Source: Piromyces finnis finn
Lineage: Eukaryota > Fungi > Neocallimastigomycota
Length of the DNA: 64,000 bases
NCBI GenBank assembly: GCA_002104945.1
Contig: MCFH01000032.1
Location: 541,915 to 605,914 of the forward strand
Direction of reading: 5' to 3'
In this document: positions 23,830-33,596 of the stretch, in pieces
How the letters are laid out: the number at the start of each line of letters is the position of its first letter
Position numbering within the stretch: position 1 is the first letter of the stretch
The notes under the pieces: generated by a model
The model's database searches: none
Seen by the model: only the letters and a program-made list of their open reading frames with translations
What the model was told of the DNA's origin: nothing
Program-made: the position numbers and the translations under genes

Positions 23830-24325
23830 TTAAAACACAGATAGTTGAAAATTAAAATAATTAACATGTATAAAATTATTAAATTAAAAACTATAAATGT
23901 AAACTTTTTGTCTATTTAATTGTTTATTTAGTTTTAAATTAAATAGTTTATATTTGTTTATAATTATACTTTAAAATAATAATTTTGTATAAATAGTGAT
24001 AGAATTATTTTATTTTAAAAGATGTTTCTAATAATCCAGTAAAATTAGATAATAATATTAAATTTTATTAAAATAATAGTTGTGATTATATTTACATACA
24101 TTCAAGATGTATTAAACCATAACATATATATATTTAATAATACAAGAGTTATTAAATATTAAAACTTTATAATTAAATAAAATAATTTTATATTTTAAAC
24201 TAACAAAGACTTGCAAATGAACAAGTATAAAAATCATTTATTTTATTTTATTTTTTTTTTAGATACAAATATTATCACTTTCTATATTCATTTATAGAAT
24301 TAAGATAATATTCCTCTTCGTATCA
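23749..24325. mobile_element. Solo LTR-like element F2 (577 bp)
   Basis: Near-identical to F1 but with about 15 AAT units. Flanks are AAGG and AATG (one mismatch). Confidence 0.85.
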
Positions 24326-25144
24326 AATGATGATATAATTTGATAATAATCTTAATTTTGAATTTTACTTCAAAAAGTGATTATTATATTATATCTTTTG
24401 TTATAACTATATAAGTTATATTGATTAAGATTTAAAATCGTTTTTATAAAAATTAATAAAATTGTTTTGTTAAAACACTAAATTGTTTTATTAGAAACAC
24501 TTGTTTTTCTAATATTTAAATATTTAAAATTTTATTTATTTAAGTATAAAAGTGATTATTAAAATTATAAAATATTAATCTAACTATATAATATTTCTTT
24601 ATTAATAATAATAATAATGATTAAAATAAGAATATTTACATGTATTTATATTTTCTTTTAAATTTAAACTATTTACATTAAAACAATAAAATTAATAACT
24701 ATTTACAATAAAAATAATAAAAGTAATTAGAAATAACAATAAAAGAAATAATTGAAAGTTAAAGAATATAAAAAGTTGTTTATTTTACAATTAATTAAAG
24801 TAATAATTATTTTTAATGTTTTAATAAAGGTGTTTAATTATATTATTTTATAACATGAATTATTATATTTGTTTACTTTTAAAGTGTAATTTACTAACGA
24901 AGTTATTAAATATTTAATTTAACAATTAATTTAACAAAAGTTATATATTTTGATCTCGATTAGTTAAAGTTTATTATTTTCTTTCAATAATCAAAATATA
25001 TGCAGTGTTTAGGATTAATTTTATTTAAGAATTTTGGTAAAGTACTTAATTAAACTATAACTTGTTTTAAGTTACTTTTATGGTTAACTTAAAAATCAGG
25101 TATAATAATAATTTTATATTTATTAATTTCATTATTTATTAATG

Positions 25145-25819
25145 TGATAAATAATAATTATAAATATATTATAAATTTGATATTAGTAGAAAATTTTATT
25201 ATAAAATAATTATTAAATAATTTTATATAGTTTATTATAAAAATATAATTTACATAAAATCAAATATTTTATAAATTTATATATTTGATTGGGTTAAATT
25301 ATAAAAATAATTTTTAATATAAAGAATAATAATAATTTTTAGTAGAAAATAAGAAGACTTAGATTATTAATAATAAGTTAAATTTTAATAATAGTTAATA
25401 TAATTAATTAGTGAATACATAATAATATTTAAAAGACAAAAATAAGTTTTTATATAATAAAAATTATTGTTAAAAAGAGCGTAAGAACAATAAATAAAAG
25501 AAAATATAAAAACGAAATTAAACTTGTCTAATTTGTAATTATTGTGTATTCACTAATTAATTATATTAACTATTATTAAAATTTAACTTATTATTAATAA
25601 TCTAAGTCTTCTTATTTTCTACTAAAAATTATTATTATTCTTTATATTAAAAATTATTTTTATAATTTAACCCAATCAAATATATAAATTTATAAAATAT
25701 TTGATTTTATGTAAATTATATTTTTATAATAAACTATATAAAATTATTTAATAATTATTTTATAATAAAATTTTCTACTAATATCAAATTTATAATATAT
25801 TTATAATTATTATTTATCA
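25145..25819. mobile_element. Non-coding foldback/MITE-like element H with perfect 275-bp TIRs
   Basis: Arms 25145..25419 and 25545..25819 checked base by base as exact reverse complements, around a 125-bp spacer. TG...CA ends. AATG at 25141-44 and 25820-23. Confidence 0.92.
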
Positions 25820-26706
25820 AATGTGCTACGGTTCAAATAAGATATCACAAAACACTTGAATAGTTATAAAAATAAAAATTTATTTAATTTTAATTTTTAT
25901 TCATTTAATTTATTTTTTGATTTTTCAGTTTTTAAAAATTTTCTCAAAAATCCTCGTACTTTTTCCAACTATCCATTATTTGAAATTTAATGGTTTTGGA
26001 TAGCTAAGGATTTAAATTGATTTCATTCATAATATATGGATCATTCACTATAACATATATTAATTAAATCCTTAATATATATTATGAATAATCTCTTAAT
26101 ATTTGAATAGAAAATTTTTTAATTTATAATTAATAAAATTTTAATTTATGATATGTGTAACATTTTTGCATATCATATATTATATATTTAATTATGACAT
26201 ATAATAAAATTATATTATTCAATTAATTATGCCCTTTTTTAGACATAAATAATAATTTTTCTGTCGAGGTATCTTCTGTTTTGTGTGTAACAGTTGCCTC
26301 TTTTAGTAAAAATTATAATTAAATTCTATGTCATAATTTCAAATTATAAAATATTATACAATAAAGTTAATTAATAAAATAAACCTTAAATAATAATAAA
26401 ATTCCTATAACTATTTTAATAATAAAATTTTGTAAAATTTATAAGTATAAAATATTATAAGTAATTATACTAATACTAATAATAAAGGTCTTAAATAACT
26501 ATATACAAATAATATAACTATATAATAAAAATATGAATAATTACTAGAAAAATGTATAAAAATTATATATTATAATTTTTATATTTTAAAAATAGAGTTA
26601 AACACTAGTAAGGAATATAAATAGTTGAAGGTTAATTCCTAAAATTCTAGCTAATTCAACTATTTATGTTCATTCCTTAACAGAATGCCCTTCGTTAAAA
26701 CTCAAG

Positions 26707-29700
26707 CTACTCCGTTGCTGAGTTATATTTAACGACATTTTTGAAATGTACATTTCTGTTCATTAGTACTCCAGTTTCTGGGTCTGCTAAGACTACTGTA
26801 TTGAACTGTTTCTGGACCACTTTGAGAGGTCCTACAAAGTAAGGTTCCAATTTTGTTCTACTGAAGTTTCTTACCAAAACTAGGTCACCTACTTTTATTT
26901 TCTTAGCTTGGTTCATACTTAATTTTTCTTCTCTTCTCATAGACCAATATTTATTAGCCGTCTTTACATTTTCAGCAGCTTCTAGGGTCCATCGGTAGTG
27001 ATTTATAAACTTTTCCAAAAGAATTTCATCGGAACTCTTGTTTTGATCTTTAGTGGGTCGGGCAGCTATATCAAAAGGTTGTTGGTCTTCCCTACCATAA
27101 ACTAGCTCAAAACTTGAATGTTTCGTAGCCGTATTCTTTGTAGTTCTTAAGGCCCAAAGCGCGGAAGGTAGAACTTCATCCCAGTCTTTACTTTCTTTCC
27201 CTAAAAGTCTTAAAAGTTTCCCAATTTCCTTATTTCGGTTTTCTGTTAATCCATTACTTTCAGGGTGGTAGGGAACTGTGAACTTCACATATACGTCATA
27301 TAGGTCTAGAAATATCTTTGTCATATCTGAGGTAAATTGAGTTCCATTATCTGTAGTAATAACTTGTGGTACCCCATGTCTTGCAAACACATTTATTAAA
27401 AACTTTATCACGTCCAGAGAAGTAACAGTTTCCACCGCTTCGGCTTCTACCCATTTAGTAAAATAGTCAACTATGACTATTATATATTGTTTACTATTTC
27501 TTGTCTTAGGTAATGGCCCAATAATATCCAAACCTAGATGTACAAATGGTCCTTCCACTTTAGTAGCTTTGTCCTCAGTTGGTTCTGGATAAGGTTGTGG
27601 TCTATTTACTTGACACTTCTCACACTTGCTAATAATTCTTTTAATATCCGCTATCATATCATTCCAATAATAATTTTTCTTTAACCTTTGATAAGTCTTA
27701 TAATAACCTTCATGACCTACGTTATGTGCTTGAAATATTAACTTTACTTTTTCTTCTACAGTAGATATTAGCTGACGTAAGTTATTACCATCTACGAAAT
27801 AGTCCTTCCCATCTATGGTAGTAAATTTTTCAGCTATAAACTCCTTAATAACTTTGGTTAATAACTCTTCATTATTAGTTTTATTAATTTTTGTTACCAG
27901 TATCTTTTTCTCCTCTTTATTCTTCATTCTTGATAATGCATCAGCTATAACATTATTCTTTCCTTTATCATATTGAATATCAATATCCAACTGACTTACT
28001 GTAAGACACCATCTGTTGTGACGTGCACTATTTGGTTCCTTATTTTTAAATAAACCCAAAAGTGGTTTATGGTCCGTATAAACCATAGTAGTGTACGGGT
28101 TTCCTAAAATATAAGGTTTTAACTTACTCACGCAAAAGAATAACGCAGCACCTTCTAACTCTGTTATTCCATAGTTCTTCTCCGCTTTACTAAGACTTCG
28201 ACTAATATAATGTACCGGGTGTTCTATTTTGTTAGTTTCATCTTCTTGTAATAAAACACCACCCACTCCTTCATACGACGCGTCCGTACGTATGATAAAA
28301 GGCTTATCAAATTCAGGAAACTTTAAAATGGGAGCGTTTATCAGTTTTTCTTTTAATACTTTAAATGCTTTTTCATGTTTTTCTTCCCATTTATATCGTA
28401 CATTTTTCTTTAATAACTCACATAAGGGCGCGGTTACTTGAGAATAATTAGGAATAAAATTTCGATAATATCCTACTGCACCCAAAAACGAACGTAACTC
28501 ATGAATATTTCCTGGAGCTTCCCACTTCCTTATGGCTTCTATTTTACTTTCCAAAGGACTCAAACCTTTAGTAGATAACCTGTGACCTAATACATTTACT
28601 TCTTCCTTCATAAAACTACATTTCTCAAGATTTATTTTTAATTCATTTTCTTTCAATATTTCAAATACTCTCTTAATATGTTCCATGTGTTCTTCCACAC
28701 TCTTGGAATATATGAGTACATCATCAATAAAATTATATACACAATTTCCTATTAAAGGAAATAATATCTTATTCATTTCCCTCTGAAAAGTTGCTGGTGC
28801 ATTAGTTAACCCAAACGGCATGACCTTAAACTGATAGTTACCAAACTTGGTAGTAAAACTAGTAACCTCAGTGCTTTCCTCATGCATAGAAATTTGATGA
28901 TAACCTGAATATAAGTCCATAGTAGTGAATATTTTGGCTCCGTTCAGACTATCAAATATTTCATCAATATAGGGGAGTGAATAAGAGTCCTTTTCCGTGA
29001 GGTCGTTCACTCTCCTATAGTCCACACACATTCTCCACTTACCATTATGTTTTGGAACCAGAACTACAGGGGAGGACCATTCTGAATAGGACGGCTCTAT
29101 TAACTTTTTTTCTATTAGCTTAGTTAACTCTTCTTTTAGTATATCTGATTTAAATTTAGTTAACCTATAAGCTCTTTGTTTAACTGGTTTTACACCAGCC
29201 TTTAGATTTATTTTATGTGGTGATAATTTAGAAGGCGTTAATTCCTCAGAAGACGTCGCAATAATCTCTAAGTTTTCTTCCAAAAGTCGGAGTATTTCTT
29301 TCCGTTTATCTTTTGGTAAGGTGTTCAAGAATATCTCATTGTGTATATACTCCTGAGGTGGTAAACCTTCAATAGACTTCAAGCTTTTAGTATCTCCATC
29401 TGGTATCTTCTTAATAGTACATACCAATTTTCCTTCATTATAATATTGGTTATTGATAGGTACTATTTCTTCTACTACACCTCTTTCTTTCACTTGACAT
29501 AAGCTCTTGGTTACTGGATTTATATATAATAAATTATCTACTTGAGTTTTATAATTTATTAACATATCATAGAACGGTTCTTCTTTTTCAAGTATTCTGA
29601 AGTCAACCACTAGTTCTACCTCTCCTATTCTAACTGGTATACGCACCACAGTACCCTCAGAGTATTCTTCATCAGTAGTAGCTAGTCGAATACGTCCTTT

Positions 29701-30684
29701 GCTTATTCCTACCACTTCATATTCCTTTGGTAGTCTTTTGTAAAAAGAAGATGTAATAACATTTAAGTTACTACACGTATCCACCAGTAGTTTTCCTGGT
29801 ATCCCATCCACAGTCGCATCCACCATTGCTATATCCTCTTCTGAAGCTTCATTATTCTTACTTATATAGTCATGGTTGATATTATTTAATAAGGTTGTAG
29901 TAGCTACTATGTTATTTAATGCACCTGATACCTTGCTTTGTACTTTCTCTAACTTTAGTCCTTGGGAAAGTTGTGTTCTTATTTTTGGGCATACATTAAA
30001 TAACTGTCCATAAGTAATATCACATTTAGCTGTGTTTAAATCTTCAAAAATATCATAATCACTGGTATCACCTCTCATTTGGATATTACGTGTGACTTTC
30101 TCCTCTTTAGTTTTATCTTTTTCTTTATCTTTAGTCATTTTCAATAACGTCGGTAGAATATCTGTATTTTTCTTTTTAGCTTTTTCTACTTCTACTTTAT
30201 CTTCCGTATCAATACTGACCTCCATATCTTCGTTTTCTTCTCTTTCGTCTTTATTTATGGGGGTTGGTGGTTTACTTCTTTGTTTTTCTCTGAGTCTTTT
30301 ACTTTTTTCTTTTTCCTTGTTAATATTAGGTTGACTCAGAACAGACGTGTCAAGTTGGTTCTTGGGTTGTGATGGTGAACCTGATTCTAAACTCTCATTA
30401 CTGAGTTCACGTTCTTGTTGCTTCCTAGTAGCAGGGGTAACTATTGGTCTTGGGTCTTCTTTTAATGATTTTTGTACTCTTTTCTTGGAAGAGTCTTCTT
30501 CATCATTAGCTTTTCTTTTAGCTGCAGCAATAATTTTATCTTCAATAGAAGATATTTCTTCATTATCTGATAAGTCAGAATACTCAGAATATTCAGAGTA
30601 CTCATTATTATCAACTGAACTGTTATTAAGTGAAGCTATTTTTGGATTACTGGGAGTGCTTCTTCTCCCACTATCTAATTTAAA
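26707..30684 (-). CDS. pol: Element E Pol (charged N-terminal extension, protease, RT, RNase H, integrase)
   Basis: ORF 26707..30225 is open upstream to the slip site at 30678-84. Motifs LLVDTCSN, YNFIDD, RTDASYEG and integrase HHCC/DDE. Confidence 0.95.
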   Translation of the reverse strand, partial: FKLDSGRRSTPSNPKIASLNNSSVDNNEYSEYSEYSDLSDNEEISSIEDKIIAAAKRKANDEEDSSKKRVQKSLKEDPRPIVTPATRKQQERELSNESLESGSPSQPKNQLDTSVLSQPNINKEKEKSKRLREKQRSKPPTPINKDEREENEDMEVSIDTEDKVEVEKAKKKNTDILPTLLKMTKDKEKDKTKEEKVTRNIQMRGDTSDYDIFEDLNTAKCDITYGQLFNVCPKIRTQLSQGLKLEKVQSKVSGALNNIVATTTLLNNINHDYISKNNEASEEDIAMVDATVDGIPGKLLVDTCSNLNVITSSFYKRLPKEYEVVGISKGRIRLATTDEEYSEGTVVRIPVRIGEVELVVDFRILEKEEPFYDMLINYKTQVDNLLYINPVTKSLCQVKERGVVEEIVPINNQYYNEGKLVCTIKKIPDGDTKSLKSIEGLPPQEYIHNEIFLNTLPKDKRKEILRLLEENLEIIATSSEELTPSKLSPHKINLKAGVKPVKQRAYRLTKFKSDILKEELTKLIEKKLIEPSYSEWSSPVVLVPKHNGKWRMCVDYRRVNDLTEKDSYSLPYIDEIFDSLNGAKIFTTMDLYSGYHQISMHEESTEVTSFTTKFGNYQFKVMPFGLTNAPATFQREMNKILFPLIGNCVYNFIDDVLIYSKSVEEHMEHIKRVFEILKENELKINLEKCSFMKEEVNVLGHRLSTKGLSPLESKIEAIRKWEAPGNIHELRSFLGAVGYYRNFIPNYSQVTAPLCELLKKNVRYKWEEKHEKAFKVLKEKLINAPILKFPEFDKPFIIRTDASYEGVGGVLLQEDETNKIEHPVHYISRSLSKAEKNYGITELEGAALFFCVSKLKPYILGNPYTTMVYTDHKPLLGLFKNKEPNSARHNRWCLTVSQLDIDIQYDKGKNNVIADALSRMKNKEEKKILVTKINKTNNEELLTKVIKEFIAEKFTTIDGKDYFVDGNNLRQLISTVEEKVKLIFQAHNVGHEGYYKTYQRLKKNYYWNDMIADIKRIISKCEKCQVNRPQPYPEPTEDKATKVEGPFVHLGLDIIGPLPKTRNSKQYIIVIVDYFTKWVEAEAVETVTSLDVIKFLINVFARHGVPQVITTDNGTQFTSDMTKIFLDLYDVYVKFTVPYHPESNGLTENRNKEIGKLLRLLGKESKDWDEVLPSALWALRTTKNTATKHSSFELVYGREDQQPFDIAARPTKDQNKSSDEILLEKFINHYRWTLEAAENVKTANKYWSMRREEKLSMNQAKKIKVGDLVLVRNFSRTKLEPYFVGPLKVVQKQFNTVVLADPETGVLMNRNVHFKNVVKYNSATE
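30656..30684 (-). other. -1 frameshift signal of element E
   Basis: Slippery T TTA AAT immediately before the gag TAG, a 7-nt spacer, then stem TGGGAG-(8)-CTCCCA. The -1 frame is the pol frame. Confidence 0.7.
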
Positions 30685-31595
30685 TGACCTTTTCTGGCCT
30701 TTTGTTTGTTTTCTTCTACTATGGCACTCAGCTTAGGACAATGATATTGAAAGTGTCCCTTCTCGTTGCAAAAGTAGCAAGTTTTGATAGTTAAGTTTCT
30801 CATTTTCTCCGTCAACTCATTCATAGGATCTTTCTTATCATTACCATAATTCGCTATTGTTGGCTTCTTGTTCCTCTCATAGCTATCTTCTTTTCTTTCA
30901 TATTTATTTTTATATCTTTTATCAGAGTTAGAAGAGGTGGATACATCATAATTGTTAGCTTTATGACGATTTCTTAAATTTAGTCTGTCCCCATCTTCGG
31001 CAAGCTTGTAGGCTTCTGCTAAGGTAACTTCTTTTTCCCTACGCACATTTTCCCAGGCTTTATAGTTAGGCTCAATGGAATCTAAGTAATCTTCAACATC
31101 TACTTTCCTTCTACGCTTCTTGTCTAGTTTGACATACAAGGAACGGTACCTTATGTTGAAGTCTTTTACTTTTTCATTCTTTTTGATTCGCATATCCCTA
31201 AGCTCCTTGAGAAGTTCTATTTGATCTTCCTTTACTCCATAAAATTCTTCTAACATAGTGACTATCTTTTTAAGGGAAGGGTAGTGAGCTCTTCTCTTTC
31301 CTCTACCTTCATCTTCTTCATCACTATCTTCACTGTCTTCATCACTTTCGAAGTCCTTATTAGGATTCAACTCTTGAATAAGTTCATTTGGTGTTCCTGT
31401 AGTAGTAAACAAACAAGCTAGAAACACCATTTTTGGACTTTTAACATCTTGAAGCATAGTCCAATACTTTAATTGACTATACCAAGTCTTAATGTCCAAA
31501 TTATCTTCGGTTAATCTAGTGACATGCTTTAATTCCTTCATTAATTTAGCAAAGTCAATAGATTTATCAGCTCCCGTACTCATTTTTATATACAA
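30675..31595 (-). CDS. gag: Element E Gag with CCHC zinc knuckle
   Basis: 306 aa, with CYFCNEKGHFQYHC and a gag-like segment KVKDFNIRYRSL. Confidence 0.9.
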   Translation of the reverse strand: MYIKMSTGADKSIDFAKLMKELKHVTRLTEDNLDIKTWYSQLKYWTMLQDVKSPKMVFLACLFTTTGTPNELIQELNPNKDFESDEDSEDSDEEDEGRGKRRAHYPSLKKIVTMLEEFYGVKEDQIELLKELRDMRIKKNEKVKDFNIRYRSLYVKLDKKRRRKVDVEDYLDSIEPNYKAWENVRREKEVTLAEAYKLAEDGDRLNLRNRHKANNYDVSTSSNSDKRYKNKYERKEDSYERNKKPTIANYGNDKKDPMNELTEKMRNLTIKTCYFCNEKGHFQYHCPKLSAIVEENKQKARKGHLN

Positions 31596-32872
31596 GTTTT
31601 AAATAAAGATAAAAATACAATTTTACAATAATATTAAAGAATGAAAAAGTTTAAAAAAAAATAATTTTCTTTTATAAGAATTTAAAAGAATGAATTACAA
31701 CAATATTTGAAATATATTTAATTAACAACACTAATAATTATTCTCTTTAGTTAAACTAGTAATACCAATATAAAATACTTCCTTAACTGCACCAATTAAC
31801 AATATTAATTTCTCTCTATTAACTATTTTAATTTGTGCCTTGAAGTATATAACTTTTTATTATACTAGTATAACCCTCTTTTGAATTATTAACTATTTTA
31901 ATTAAATAATAATACAAAAACAATTATAAAAGTAACTATAAAAATGTAGTGTGATATCAATATGTTATTATTATCCCCGATATCTCTACCATTAATTATG
32001 CTACGGTTCAAATAAGATATCACAAAACACTTGAATAGTTATAAAAATAAAAATTTATTTAATTTTAATTTTTATTCATTTAATTTATTTTTTGATTTTT
32101 CAGTTTTTAAAAATTTTCTCAAAAATCCTCGTACTTTTTCCAACTATCCATTATTTGAAATTTAATGGTTTTGGATAGCTAAGGATTTAAATTGATTTCA
32201 TTCATAATATATGGATCATTCACTATAACATATATTAATTAAATCCTTAATATATATTATGAATAATCTCTTAATATTTGAATAGAAAATTTTTTAATTT
32301 ATAATTAATAAAATTTTAATTTATGATATGTGTAACATTTTTGCATATCATATATTATATATTTAATTATGACATATAATAAAATTATATTATTCAATTA
32401 ATTATGCCCTTTTTTAGACATAAATAATAATTTTTCTGTCGAGGTATCTTCTGTTTTGTGTGTAACAGTTGCCTCTTTTAGTAAAAATTATAATTAAATT
32501 CTATGTCATAATTTCAAATTATAAAATATTATACAATAAAGTTAATTAATAAAATAAACCTTAAATAATAATAAAATTCCTATAACTATTTTAATAATAA
32601 AATTTTGTAAAATTTATAAGTATAAAATATTATAAGTAATTATACTAATACTAATAATAAAGGTCTTAAATAACTATATACAAATAATATAACTATATAA
32701 TAAAAATATGAATAATTACTAGAAAAATGTATAAAAATTATATATTATAATTTTTATATTTTAAAAATAGAGTTAAACACTAGTAAGGAATATAAATAGT
32801 TGAAGGTTAATTCCTAAAATTCTAGCTAATTCAACTATTTATGTTCATTCCTTAACAAATGAGTAAATGAAA

Positions 32873-32944
32873 TCCGCATTGGTCCAGTGGCTAGGATTCC
32901 ACGCTCTCACCGTGGCGGCAGGGGTTCGATTCCCCTATGCGGAG
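32873..32944 (+). tRNA. tRNA-Glu-CTC: tRNA-Glu (anticodon CTC)
   Basis: Acceptor stem TCCGCAT/ATGCGGA; anticodon arm CCACG-CT CTC AC-CGTGG; T-arm with GGTTCGATTCC; A-box TGGTCCAGTGG; no intron. Confidence 0.97.
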
Positions 32945-33512
32945 AAATATAAGAGAAAATTATAAAACTTTTTAATAATCATATAAATTATAATTTTAAT
33001 AATTTTGAAATAACCTTTTTTTTTATATATATATTTGATAGAAATAAGAATAAAAAAAATAATCAATAATAGTATTAGTAGAATTAAAAAAAGTAAAAGA
33101 TTAATATAGTATTTAATAATTTTCATTTAGTATATTACAATTCAAATTATAAAACTTATTGAATTATTATTATACAACACTTAAATAATTTTAGTATTTT
33201 ATTTTATATTAATATATATATTAATTATTCAATTAATATTATTGTGAACATTTATGGACACATAATTTTATTTATCTATATCATATATTTAATACACACG
33301 TGACTATTTTATAAAAACATAAACATGTATTAAAAGTGTTGTAAACGTAATGTCTACGTGTTGTAGAGAAAGTTATTTTTTATTTATTTTATTTTATTTT
33401 TTATGGTCACATGACCTTACATCTCATTATATAACTGTAATATTTACAATGTAACTTTTTCTCTTTGTTAACCTTATTAATAAAATTATTTATTAATTAA
33501 ATTTATTTCACA

Positions 33513-33526
33513 GATTAAGAGTCTCA
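33513..33526 (+). other. PBS complementary to the anticodon arm (about nt 27-40) of tRNA-Lys(CUU), i.e. half-tRNA priming
   Basis: GATTAAGAGTCTCA is the reverse complement of TGAGACTCTTAATC, a eukaryotic tRNA-Lys(CUU) anticodon-arm sequence. Confidence 0.75.
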
Positions 33527-33596
33527 AACTCTAATCAATAATAAAAATTTCTTAAGAAAAATTTAAAATAAAATTTTGTGTATTAAAAATTTTAAT

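Larger units (their letters stand above)
25824..32857 (-). mobile_element. Full-length Ty3/Gypsy element E (A/D/E lineage), inserted upstream of tRNA-Glu
   Basis: 859-bp LTRs at 25824..26682 and 31999..32857 (no differences noticed). 4-bp TSD AATG at 25820-23 and 32858-61. Intact gag and pol. Confidence 0.97.
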
